Shown: positions 12,876 to 25,280 of the stretch, piece after piece
Numbering within the stretch: position 1 is the first letter of the stretch
Layout: each line of letters starts with the position of its first letter
Assembly (NCBI GenBank): GCA_030770535.1
Contig: JASVEC010000028.1
Coordinates: 558,001 to 622,000 of the forward strand
Reading direction: 5' to 3'
Length of the DNA stretch: 64,000 bases
Source: Batkoa obscura
Taxonomy: Eukaryota
Program-made: the position numbers and the translations under genes
Notes under the pieces: model-generated
Seen by the model: only the letters and a program-made list of their open reading frames with translations
Told to the model about the DNA's origin: nothing
Database searches by the model: none

Positions 12876-13200
12876 AAAGTTTGAATATGTAAAAAAATGC
12901 CCAGACATAAAACAATATATTAGAAGTGTTAGGGAGGGGCGTATAATTATCAAACAGTAGCTTTGTGTATGTAGAGCGAATTTCCCAGAGCCTTGGTGCT
13001 ATAATAAAGACTTGAGGCAGGGATAAAACCGAAACAAAAGCCATTAGAAGCTGATTATATTCATACGAGGGGCTATCGGAGGTAAAATTGAGATGGCTGA
13101 TACATCATATTATCAGATTGCATCTTTTATGGATCTTTAAGCAAGAGCTAAAACGATGGCCAACTCTCTTCCCATCTCTTCACAGAAGAGCCATTTTATA
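12876..13200 (-). mobile_element. Decayed L1/Tx1-like LINE 3' end (CCHC knuckle plus W..R/N...F motif)
   Basis: Minus strand LFCEE (frameshift) ...VGHRFSSCLKIHKRCNLII*...IAPRLWEIRSTYTKLLFDNYTP, matching the C-x2-C...H-x4-C and LWEIW..RN..LF C-terminus of L1-type ORF2. Confidence 0.5.
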
Positions 13201-13294
13201 TGAAAGTAAGGGATATAGCGAGTAAGACTAATTCTGGTTTTAAATACATTGAAGTTAAATCTTTACAGAAAGAAATATGATTCTTTCAAGATTT

Positions 13295-13393
13295 GGGGAT
13301 GTATTTTCTTGTTTAAGGATTTTACTAACAATCTTTCCACTCAAATAGGACTTAAAAGACAGAAAAAGTAATGAAACCAAAAAAAATGTCCCC
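13295..13393 (-). mobile_element. MITE copy 8
   Basis: GGGGATGT...ATGTCCCC with ATTT TSD. Confidence 0.9.
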
Positions 13394-14049
13394 ATTTTAA
13401 ATAAAAATAAATATGTATGATTATGTTTACAATTCCCCTTTTTGTTATTTAACTAAGATCGATTTTTTTGCTAATTTTAAGTTAAACGAATTTAGCAAGC
13501 AAAGTTTAATGTAACAAAATCTAATATTTGGTTTCGAGTTGTCATTGTACCTTACTTAGAAATAATAGCTACTATAAAGAGAATTAAACAATGTTATTAT
13601 AAACAAAAGGATAGTGTGGGTTGATTACCTAATTGATAGTGCATAGGTCCTTTTCTACCTGAATTTTATTCATTCTCAATAAATTTCAAATTTCAAACTT
13701 CAGTTGGAAGCATTGTTAACTTAAATTGGTTCAATTTAACCAAACTCAATTGCCAATAAATTAAATTTTAACTTTTAAAGTTAAATAAATTTTTGTTTAA
13801 TGATATGGATTTTATTGTCAAACTAGAGGAACTTAAAAAGTTGCTTGATTAAAAATTATATTGTTTGTATAGGTGAAGGTTTTATTTACAACAATATGTC
13901 GGTTTGGATGGAAATTAAGCTCTATTCATTTTTAGCTAAACACTAGGTGTAAAAGAAGTATATAAACGCAGTTCTAATAACTAACTATTAAATCAAAATA
14001 CTATCATTAATACTACTTTATACAGCCTTATACAACTAATCAAACAGTA

Positions 14050-14526
14050 ATGCGTTCCGTTTTATTATACTCTGCTTTCTCTATTGCAGCTTTAAATGCT
14101 GTCAGTATTACTCCAATTAGAGCTATCCTCGGTGATGAAGATGCCTTGTTGACTCTTTGCGTTGGTAATTTAGCAGCAGCTAAAGTACCAGGTAGTCATA
14201 ATATTGCTGATTTGAAAGTTGATTTAAAAGGTGATAAAAAAGTACATTGTGGACCTAACAATACCCCAGCATCCAAATCATTATTAGATTTGTTATTATT
14301 AGGTGAGGATTCTTGTTCTCATCTTAAGTTACTTAATACTGTCACTTCTCAGTATGGCGAAGGCATTGGTGGAATTGATATCGTATTAAATACTATTCAA
14401 CCACATTGTAAAAATCATACTCCTAAACCAAACGGTGAGACAAAAACTGATCCTATTCCTCCAGTTATCCCAAAACCAGTTGATCCAAAGCCACCTAAGG
14501 ACGATGATAACAATCACTACAATTAA
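14050..14526 (+). CDS. Small secreted protein, paralog 3 (158 aa)
   Basis: 14071-14506 identical to 8462-8897 of paralog 1; its own TATATAAA about 90 nt upstream. Confidence 0.85.
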   Translation: MRSVLLYSAFSIAALNAVSITPIRAILGDEDALLTLCVGNLAAAKVPGSHNIADLKVDLKGDKKVHCGPNNTPASKSLLDLLLLGEDSCSHLKLLNTVTSQYGEGIGGIDIVLNTIQPHCKNHTPKPNGETKTDPIPPVIPKPVDPKPPKDDDNNHYN

Positions 14527-15000
14527 TCTTATTCATTTGAATGTCTTTTAGATCATTCTATACCATCTGAAATAAATACACTATAATATAACATATTACT
14601 CTGTTGACTATTTTAAATCCTTTGTTTACATAAATTATTTTATAGTTTTTAATTTTATTTCAAATAGTCTGATTTAAAAGCAGCATTGACTATTATTTGC
14701 TTATGAAAGAAATTTCTTAAACAAAGTAATGTTTATCAAATATAGAAATAAAACATTAATCTTGTTTCTAAAGGATTGATAAGAGCTTAATAACACATAT
14801 TTAAAATATCAGTACTTTGTGCCAGAATTGATTAATATAATAATTAAGTTTATAATGGCTTAAAAATATGACCAAAATAAAATATATAATGAAACATTCT
14901 AAAAGCTTGATATCATATATATCTTGTATATTAAAATCTTTGGGTTTATTTCGATGAGATCGTAACTTTTTCGAACTGTTTTTAACATTATTTAGGTTTT

Positions 15001-15034
15001 AATTTAATTTAATTTAATTTAATTTAATTTAATT
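15001..15034. repeat. (AATTT)n microsatellite
   Basis: AATTT x6 plus AATT. Confidence 0.85.
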
Positions 15035-15374
15035 AGTTTTTATAAAATGCTTGATAACTTTTATAACTCTCTTTGAGTTATGATTTTTAGGTTGTGTTTT
15101 GAAAAGTTCCTCTTAGCTTTTTTGGTACAATTTAGGGATTATTTTTATATGGTATTATTTTGGTTATTGGTGCATTTCAATATACGCGCTATGTATTTTA
15201 AACCGTATTGAGCATATCATATTATAGAAATAAAATCTTAAATATAATAATAGATAATCGTATTTAAAAATAGACTATATATATCATATTACTTATCAAA
15301 TAGGTACTCACAAATTAGTGTATAAAGAGTACCATGTCCGATACTTACTATTGTCAAGTCTCAATTTCAATTCA

Positions 15375-15788
15375 ATGCTTCAAAAATTATTTTATTTTAT
15401 CGCTACTACATTTTTACTTTCGCCTACTCTAGCTACTGAATAGTTTCATAAATGTTATAGCCTTGAAGCTCCTTGTGATGTGAAAGGAGCAATCAATCGA
15501 ACTAAAGACTTTTTTACTTGTAAATGTACCTCTTATTACTAAAATAAGGCAATTGAAACTTCATGCAAAGCCGCCGCTGGTAGAAAATCTAACATTTGTC
15601 AATCAAATCGTGTATACTTTAAAGATAAAGCAGTTAGTGCTATCATTAAACATTGTGAACCAGAGCTTGCTAAAATTGATACTTATGTTGGTAATGCTGC
15701 TCCAGATCATAGCTCCTTTCAATTCAGCTGTGATCTCGATGAAAACAAAGCTAAAGTATGTCATGGATATAAATTCGTTAATACATAA
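15375..15788 (+). pseudogene. Pseudogene of a Cys-rich secreted protein (two in-frame stops, no frameshift)
   Basis: MLQKLFYFIATTFLLSPTLATE*FHKCYSLEAPCDVKG...FTCKCTSYY*NKAIETSCKAAAG...NICQ...HCEP...FSCDLDENKAKVCHGYKFVNT*; TAG at 15441, TAA at 15540; TATAAA at 15321. Confidence 0.75.
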
Positions 15789-17111
15789 TCTACCAGCGAT
15801 TGAACAAATGACCCTTGATGTCATACCTAGTTGTCTCACTATACTATAAACAATAAATATTATTGTTATTATTTTCTTTGGTATTTATAACTGTTTTTTT
15901 TATTCCAATAGTTTCCTTATTTTTTAATTTATTTAATGTTTAACAACTCCTTCAAGTTGCATATTTACATACTTTTAAAATGTTATAGTTGTAGCTTTGG
16001 GATTAAATGCATATACAACTATGTTAAATTAATTGCATTGATCTATGTAGAGTCTAAACCAAATGAGGTTCTATTGAATTGTATATTAAATTTAGAATTT
16101 TATCATACTTGATTAGTCCCTCAACATTGACACTTTCAATAATTACAATAAGCATTCACATCTTATTTAAAATTTCATAAATAGATCGCTACTCTTGAAA
16201 TCAATTCATCAAACTGAAGACGTTTTGAATTTTTGCAGTCTTGAATTTAAGATCATATAAAGATGTTATATTCGCTATTGTTTTCTAAAAATTATAAAAA
16301 GCTTACTGTATTTCTATTAAGTCATTTATAATCACAGTTTTCGTTGTTACCTTATTTTAAGAAAACTTACTTAGTTTTAAAGAAGACAAACTTTTGTTAG
16401 TATTGATAATGAATAAATTAAAAAAAGTTTAAAAAGTTCCAAAAAAAAAGCAAAAACAAAAAAAGCAAAAGGATTAGAATATATCATGCTAATATCATAT
16501 AACTTACATAAATAAATAGTCTAAATTTCAATTACGAAAAAAGAAGGTTTCTTTAAAATACCATAAATTAAGGTCTGTGGCACTCAAATAAAAATCAAGG
16601 CCAAATTTATTCAGGAATTCAAATAGTGTAATGATTGAATGTTATAGTATGAAAAAACCAATTTTAAAGTTAATAGTGAGTAATATGCTAGCTGATACCC
16701 TGTACGTTTTTTTATAAAAAGTTGTATAAGTTTATTAACAAATTAATTTCTTTAAATTGTATAAGAGTTTAATGATTATTGAACATACTAAAAACTCTTA
16801 AACCGTTTATTGCGATACCTATGTTTAATCTTACATTTTATTACTTATATAATTATAACCTTGAATTCTCTTTATGAAATATACCTTTTTGATACTTTAT
16901 AAATTCAAGTCTTAACATGTTTAATATTGATAGTTATAGTATAAATCTTCTATCTATATTCATCGCTCATAAACAAAGTAATGCTGTAGATACCATGCTT
17001 AAAATTTTATAATAACAAATAAAAAAGAATACCAACAAACAATTCAATTCGTATAAAAAATGACAGTATGATATAAATTTAATGAGCCTTAATTTAATAA
17101 AAACAATAAAT

Positions 17112-18127
17112 TTAAGCACCATAACCTCGAATATTCTCAGCAAATGCCCATTCTGTTTCTAAAGAATAAGGTTCTGAAATGGTAACTCCTTCTTCAGTAA
17201 CTTTGGATAATTGAATCTAAAGATAACTTAATATTTAAATTTCATAAAGTATCTTAATTTTACCTTGTTGATTGAACGTGCATCTCTATAATATAATACT
17301 CTCATACTCTTTTCTAATACTTGCTTAGCTTCGTCCTCACTTAATTCACCATTCGAGTTTTCATAAGCTTCTCTTAAAATAGGCTGTGCTAAATAAGCAC
17401 CAAAACCAGTAGCAACAGTAGGTGCCTGATGGTGGTTACCTTTTAAATCAACTGCTCCTAAAAATCTATTTATTTTTTAATTCGATTTTACTCTTAAATT
17501 CGTTCTAATTATTTTTACCCTTCGCCTTTAACAACACCAGCAATAACAAAATGATTCCATAATGGGTTCATTTTAGTACGACGATTGTACATTAAATTGC
17601 ACATATATTCAAAAATGTTCTTGCTAGTTAATGAATGTCCATCATCTTGAATTGCATCTTCGACACTAAATTTAGTTATTAGTCCAGCCTTTTTTTTAAA
17701 ACTATAAAAACACACCTAATCTTTTTTAATATATGTTGTACAGCTTGATAATCTGAAATATCTCCACTAGCTCCCAATAAAGTAGTTTTGTTTACTTTAT
17801 GTAAACGCTGTACATCCTTATATCTTGCCAATGAACCATAAGAAGCTAAATTTTAATAAATATACCGCCTTTTTATTTATTCATCAAATATTTACCTAAA
17901 CAATCTGCAGCTAACATAACTCCATCTTTATATTTAATACCAATAACGGAAGTACCAGTAACAATAGGCTGTCTAGTTAAAAAATAATCATTAACAAGAA
18001 TTCATTTAGTATTATTTTCTAGGCCTTACTGAGTGTGTGTAACTGGAGAATGGCCATAACTTGTTTCTGGGTTATAACTTGGCTTAATGGAGGTAAGATA
18101 ACTATCGTAACTTGGTTCACTATTCAT
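17112..18127 (-). CDS. PRE4: 20S proteasome beta-7 subunit (multi-exon)
   Basis: Spliced motifs [83 protein letters not shown]. Confidence 0.95.
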
Positions 18128-18457
18128 TGTGTAATATAAAAATAAACTTTTACAGTTAAAAAATTAGTATATTGCTGCTTTACGTCATCCAAGCTTGGTT
18201 CTATTGCGTTTTTTCAATATTCGCAATTTTCAAGTTTCCTTTTTGAGCGGAATCATTTTTATGTATTAGGTTGGTTTTATTTTAATGAAATTAAGCATTG
18301 CTTTTAAAGTATTAAAACGATATCAGGTATTATTAATGTATGCTATCATTGTATACTAAAATTAGTATATTATTTTAAACAATAAAATAGAATGTAAATA
18401 AAATGTTATAAAAATTCACAAAAAAGTTTATTAATTAAAGAGAAGGCAAACCAAATC

Positions 18458-20668
18458 TTATTCACCTAAAGGCCTAAGATTGACCATCAAAGTAGAAGAT
18501 CTAGAAGCGGTATGTTTACCAACCACTTTTTTTAAAGCATCAGTAATGGAATTGATGGGGAAGATTTTTATCCCCTTTTCAATATTTCTGGGCTTAGGGT
18601 TAGGGAAAGCCATTATTTTGCGAAATAAAGTTTGATAATCCTTGGTATTCCTAGAAATCGTTATTGGTGTAAAAAGTTCCAAATTCCTACGAATTCGATT
18701 TTTTTCTTCTAAGGTAAAAATCACTTGTAATAAGAATTCTAATAGATTCACTAAATCTACTGATGTTACAAAATGTGACTCTTTATCATCACTAGAAATA
18801 ATAGATATTACGCTATGTTCAAAAGGAAAGAATAAAGTGTCTTGTTCCTTATCTTTGTATTGTTTTGATTCAATCATGTACTCTTCTTGAGAAATTACTT
18901 CAAAAGAACAATATAACGTATTTTCACTATGTCTTCGATTGAATTTTATCAACCTACGTCCAAAATCAGTTTCATCTTTAGTCCTAATTCAATTTATAAA
19001 TAAAAGCTTGTAATAATTTATAATAATTTTAACTTACCAATTTTCAACAAATTGTTTAACATCGGACTCAAAGATCAACTCAGCCCGATTCAATACACCA
19101 TGAAATGAAGCAGTATTAAAAGTGATTTTCTTATCATCATTTGGGCTTGTTGGATCATTCATCTTTTTACTAAATATTTTCTTATTCAATTTCAACTCAA
19201 GTTTTTGTTCTCCTTTTTTCCTTTTATTAGGTGGCTCTGAAGAATCTTCCTTTACGTTCAACTTTGGCTTTAATTTACTTCCATTACCCATAGGAATTAA
19301 TTTCTTTTCCCTAGGTTTATTACTTTCGCTAGGTGGAGACAAAGTACTAGGAGTTGAGTTTGGCTCTGAGGTAGTACTCAGTTGATTTTCACATGAAGTA
19401 GTTTCCACCAATCCAGGAGATCTTTTAGCTTGATTACTTTTATAGTGTGTCTTTGCTAATGTCATATTCATTCCACTAATTTGGTTAACGCTATCTTCTG
19501 GAGACCTGCTATTATTAATATCTTTGCTCTTACTTTTTCTTCTTTTTATTTCTTTTAGATTAATAGATCTATTAATTATTTTTTCTTGTGGTGTTGTTCT
19601 CATTTCATTTACTCCATTCATTGATGTTGATTCTGCATATTTGGCATGCATTTTTTGTTCACTTTGTACTAAATCAAATACATTGTTATCGAACAACCTA
19701 TCTTTATAATAAAGCAACATACTATCATTATTAACCAAACTTAATCCGCTTATAGTAGTACCAATATTATTGGCATTAATATTTGAATTGTTTATAGTAG
19801 TAAATAAGGTAGGATCAAATCCACTATTACTAAACGCAGGGCTTAAGAAAGGGTCATAAAGGGATTGACTTGCTAACATTTCTTTTTCACTTTGACTTGG
19901 ATAATAGTTAGTAGATTCTAAACTACTCCTTAAATGGTTCATGTATGTTCCCATTCGTAGTCTAGGCTGGGGAGGATTAGCAGAGTGCAAATCATATGTC
20001 ATTGGAAGAATTTGATTATAATTATTATAGCCAAATAACGGTTGATATGTTTGGTATAAATCATTTCTTGGTTGATGGTCCATTTTATAATCATAGCTCG
20101 TAGTGTTTATAATTAAATTTTCATGAGCTATATTTACAGCGTCATTATTAGTACTCATTGTTAGATTATTATTCGTGAAATTATTAGCTACATCAAAAAA
20201 TTTCTCATTAGTATTCATCATGCTTATACTATCAGTAGTAACCTCGGTGCTAATATTAACGCTAGATTCATTGGTCACTATACAAGTATCTGCATTGTTA
20301 CTATTGGTCGGTATACTTGGGTTAATACTAGTGGTATAAACAAAATCCCCAAAGCACCAGTTTCGGATTGGAATTTCCATATTTCCTTCGAAAGTCACCG
20401 AAACTACGTAAAGGGGAGCTTTATTATCAAACCAACCAATTTCTTCCATCTTTGGTAAAATAGCACTCAACTGTATATAACCCCTTGCCGATAACCATTG
20501 TACAGTATCTAATAACTTCATTCCAATAGCTAACTTTAAATTTAAATTCATTAATTCTGGACATTTTTCTAATTGTGCTGTTATCCTTTCTCCTGGCTCA
20601 CCAAGGCGAGGAAAATATTCAAAAACTCTTACGGGTAAAGTTTGAAATCCAAAAGAGTGCATCAACAT
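18458..20668 (-). CDS. medA: Medusa (MedA)-like developmental transcriptional regulator, 2 exons
   Basis: C-terminal VTSVDLVNLLEFLL...FTLEEKNRIRRNLE...PNPKPRNIEKGIKIFP...ALKKVVGKH is the MedA conserved domain; GT-AG intron about 18984-19037 joins the two ORFs. Confidence 0.85.
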
Positions 20669-22667
20669 TTTGAGTTTATTTTGATGAAGATGCTAAAAAA
20701 AAGTAGAACAAAGACATGAGCAATGTTATTATTGAAATGTAATATATGACTACCTTCAATTAACTTGTAATTTTTAAATGATATTTAATAATGAAAAAGA
20801 ACTTATTGGTTTATAATCTGTAATTTAAATAAAAAATCTTCATTCATATTTATAAATTTATTCTTAAAGAATAGTTAAATGGATTAAATTTGGTTTTTAA
20901 GCAGGTAAATCTGAAATTTGGCTTGGTTTCTCGCAATGAACCATAAAATTGAGTTGCAATCAAAGCTTTATTGAACATTAGCTAAGAGAACAAAGTGACT
21001 CCTTTTAATAATACAACCTATAGCTTAAAATCAAAATTAGTATCATCATAGTAACAACTAAAGAGCGTTAAATAATACATATTTGCTCCATAAAGCGATG
21101 GACAAATTAGTAGTATATGGTTACTTCACCATAAATAATGGAAGCTTAAGGGTGACCCATTAAAAGTTCTATATAAGTAAGAAGCCAATCTAATTATAGT
21201 AAAATTCTAAAAATAACCCTGAAATTTTAAGGATTAATTCGTGTTTTCTTTCTACCACTTCTTTTTCATTGGCTCGTTATGCTTGCACTCATCATTACTC
21301 CAATTAAAGCGTGGGAAAGTTGTAAACAAGTGTAAGCATCCCTTATTGTTAACTTTCGAATAATAAAATCAATTTCTTGGTTTTCAATTTAATAGGTTAA
21401 ATAGCGCCAGTTATAAACTTATATTTCAGTCTTTAGTTTACTTTAAATTATATTTATTTTGTTTTTAAATAAAAAGCAATCAATTACAATGTTAATAGCT
21501 TAAATTACATATTTAAGAAGTAAATGTCATATATCAGATATATTTAGATGGTTAAAATTTAACCGCTTCATCTCAATAGTCCTCAAAGAATAATAATAAG
21601 TTATTATAAATAGACGAAGTTATTAAGTATACTATAAAGTTTATAAAAAACAATATATGGGCTATATGATGCATAAAGTTAAAACTTATCCAATAAATTC
21701 AATGTAAAAGGGGCCATAATTTCGAACCTGAGCAGCAGTATCTCAATTTTTTAAAACTTGACCAATTATGTATTGCTAGGTTGAAATTTTGGCGTTCGGT
21801 TATTAAATGTAAAAATAAATTTTTTAAGCTAGAACATTATTTTTGGTTGAAATTATTGGTTAAACAAAAAAATATCTTGCAATATTTAAAAGTAAAGTTT
21901 AAGTTAAATTTTCAGAGTTTACAGCTATTAATTATATACATAAGTTGAATCTATTAGTAATTAATAGTATTAATTAGTTTTTCTTTTTAATTTATTATTT
22001 GTAATAATGAGCTATTAATAATGTTCTTTAACATATAATAAGTAGCTGGATCATTATATTATTAGCTAGGTTTCATGGAAGAATTAGTATACTGAAGTTA
22101 TAAATTCATTAGCAGCACTCTTCACAACGTAAATACATATCTGGTAAAACCCAATGATGTCAAATGCTATCAAGCTATTGTGTAATATTCATGAAACATT
22201 AAATAGTTTAAAAACTTTATTTTTTTATATTCGTTATTTTTAACTATACTCGAGTTGTACTATTAAATTAACTCACTAAGTTTTGTTTTTTCGAAAAATG
22301 TTATCAAACCTGTATACTCTTATATTAAGAGCACCTGCTTTGCTATTATTATATTAAATAACCATATTTTTTTATGTAATTATTTTCAAAATTCAAGCAT
22401 TTTGAAATATTACCTAATATGGTAATAAATCTAATTAAATGCGATTCATATTTTTATAATAATGATAAAGTAAAGACTATACGTACAGCTTTTGATTATT
22501 TGTTTGATAAATACAATAGTTTTTTTAATATTGAAAGGTATATAAAATACAATCAATAATCATGTACATCCACATTGTTTATACTTTTTACAAATTTTTC
22601 AAAATGTATTTTAACTCATTTGATCTTTTTAAAATTTGGTCATAATACTCAGGTTAAAAAGCTACAT

Positions 22668-22766
22668 GGGGGTGTTTTTTTTGGTTTCATTATTTTTTCC
22701 ATTTTTTAAGCGCTATTTGAGTGGAAATATTGTTAGTAAAATCCTTAAACAAAAAAATACATCCTC
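22668..22766 (+). mobile_element. MITE copy 9
   Basis: GGGGGTGT...ACATCCTC with ACAT TSD. Confidence 0.9.
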
Positions 22767-23440
22767 ACATGCAACTTAAATTCAGAATAAAATTTGTTCA
22801 TGAAGAAAATTACATTAATTCCGTCTTTAATATCCGATTATCTGAATAGATATGTACCTAATTTTCCAAAAATTTCCGCTCTTCCTACTCACCATTAAGC
22901 CTTTGCTTTGACTATGATTTATAGGCGACCCATTCCTATTATTTTGGCTTTTCACCCGAAATTTAAAAATAACTTCTTCCCCTCCTACCCACATTCATAT
23001 GAGACTAAACGTATAAAGATCTAAATATAAGACAGCCTAGTAAAATATGACTTTTGAGTTCGGCTTACAGGAATTTAAAGATCTTACAAGAATCCATCAA
23101 TTTCATTTGATATCTCCCCTACCTTTATGATGTCTTTAGCTGTTTCCTTCTTCACAACTAAAAGCATCTAAAATTCGCTTATTGATTTTTTAAGGCTGTA
23201 TTAAAAGAGGATAACACTGAGTATAAAACAATTAACCATATTCCAAATCAAAAGTTTACAATTGCCATAAACTAGTCTTTTTTTAATTTTAATTGATTTA
23301 ATGATTATCATACATAAACTTTACACTTTTGTAATATATAAAAATTAACACTTTTGAATTTTTAAACATAATTATCTATCCATAGATACACTTTTTATAC
23401 TTACTTTCCATAGTTGTAAATATAACAAAAATAAATATAT

Positions 23441-23536
23441 AGGGATGTCTCTTTCTTTAAGAAATTTACTAGCATATTTTCCGCTCAATAGCGCTTAAAA
23501 AATGGAAAAAGTAATGAAACCAAAAAAAACACCCCC
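23441..23536 (-). mobile_element. MITE copy 10
   Basis: AGGGATGT...ACACCCCC with ATAT TSD. Confidence 0.9.
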
Positions 23537-23904
23537 ATATAATTGTCAAAATTAACTAAAAAAATCGTGGATTGCTTATATAGGGTTCCTATATATTGAT
23601 TTTATTAAAAATGTTATAAAATGACAAAACTGATGCCACTATGAGATGAACAAATAGTCAAAAAAAAGAGCTAATCACAATTGTAACTGGCTAGTTTTTG
23701 CTTTTATTAAGTAAAATTATTTTATAAAAGCATACTTTTTGCAAAATAATATGTGGCTATTATACATTTTTTATTGCTTAATAATGCTTGAAAAATAAAA
23801 AAATAAAAAAATTTAAAAAAACAAAGATTTAAATAATATCTATGATTTTCATTTAATAATAAAAAATAAAAATACCCAAATGATCAAATCAGTACTAATA
23901 ATAT

Positions 23905-24003
23905 GGGGGTGTTTTTTTTGGTTTCATTATTTTTTCCATTTTTTGAGCCCTATTTCAGCGGAAATATTGTTAGTAAAATTCTTAAACAAAAAAATATATC
24001 CTC
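23905..24003 (+). mobile_element. MITE copy 11
   Basis: GGGGGTGT...ATATCCTC with ATAT TSD. Confidence 0.9.
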
Positions 24004-24265
24004 ATATTGTTGTTTAATTTAATAATTATCCTACTAGGTTTAAAATTATTTGTAATAATCCTAATATTATTATTAGTTTTTAAATAAAATTTAATAAATT
24101 AAAATTAAAATGTCAAAGTTTATTTAAGTATATTGATAGTAAATTATTAAAACACATCAATATCAATTGGAATTTATATGTATTTTATTGACATCAAAAT
24201 AAAACAAACAGATTTAATTAAAAAAACTGGAATCTAATAATAAATAAAATAGAGAACCACTATAT

Positions 24266-24364
24266 GGGGATGTTTTTTTTGGTTTCATCACTTTTCCATT
24301 TTTCAGGCGCTATTTGAGCGGAAAGATTGTTAGTAGAATTCTTAAACAAAAAAAATATATCCCT
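24266..24364 (+). mobile_element. MITE copy 12
   Basis: GGGGATGT...ATATCCCT with ATAT TSD. Confidence 0.9.
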
Positions 24365-24876
24365 ATATCATAATAATTTAAAAGTAGTATTTACATATTA
24401 CTCCATAATAAAAATCCAATTATAAAGATAAGTCATAGCTACAGAGATCAATGAATAATGAATAATGAATAATAATTAGAATTACTTTAATAATTGATTT
24501 AAACAATCATATTGATTACAAAACAATTAAAGCGTAAATAGAAACAACAATTAAAATGATTTAAAGTAGCACTCATGTTACTTTATTATAAAACTATAAT
24601 CACAAACATAAGTCCCAATTACAAAGATCAATTAATAATGAGTTATTTAATATTAATTAACCTAAATAAACATACTAAATATCACCTATGAAACCTAATT
24701 AATTGATACCATAAAATTCCCACGATTTGAAGCATTAAACCTACTGAAAATATCAAAGGTAATTAAGTAGTTTAACTGAAAGTATTCTAATTTAATAACC
24801 ATTATTATAAAATATTTAAACTAATATATAAAAATAATACGATTATTAGTATCAATTTAAGCCCAAGCAAAGGCTA

Positions 24877-24923
24877 CACGTGGGGATTCAACATAAAACT
24901 TAGAAATAAAGTTAGCACGTGGG
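24877..24923. promoter_or_regulatory. Two CACGTGGG E-boxes (Pho4/NUC-1-type sites) upstream of the polyphosphatase gene
   Basis: CACGTGGG at 24877-24884 and 24916-24923, 360-400 bp before the ATG at 25281, in very AT-rich DNA; TATATAAA at about 25212. Confidence 0.6.
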
Positions 24924-25280
24924 CTAAGCTCTTGGATATTAATTGAAATTTTAACCAGAGAAAGAAAAGAGCCAATAAATAACAAAGAAAAAATTATTGA
25001 GCTTAAAAAGAGAATAAAGAATACTAAAGGAATTTAAAGCAAATCTTTTATATCCCATGGAATTTTAATTTGGATTGCTTAGTGAAGTAGTTTAATAATT
25101 ATTTGATTACTTTGTTCCCCTCAAGTTAAAATGGGATTATTAAAAGCCGTATTATGAAATAATTCCCTCATCTTTTTATCATCATTTTAGATTTTTGGCA
25201 TTTTAGACTCATATATAAATACCCAGTAAAATAGTAACTTAATTATATTAATTTCATACTCTTTTCTTTTATAAAAAAAG

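Noticed and set aside
15375..15788. Stop-codon reassignment or selenocysteine readthrough as an explanation for the in-frame stops
   Set aside because: Conserved genes here terminate at TAA and TAG and contain no internal stops; the internal stops are TAG/TAA, not TGA
22800..23200. C-rich coding-like stretch, and similar ones at 3240-3620 and 5690-6170
   Set aside because: Probably decayed TE or gene debris, but no recognisable motif supports a call
721..24364. MITE copies as a CRISPR-like or ncRNA array
   Set aside because: Dispersed, in both orientations, irregularly spaced, with TIRs and TSDs typical of DNA transposons; eukaryotic context
24700..24760. NSHDL...PTENI resembling the Tc1/mariner SPDLNPIEN motif
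   Set aside because: Requires a frameshift and several substitutions; no other transposase motif or TIR is visible
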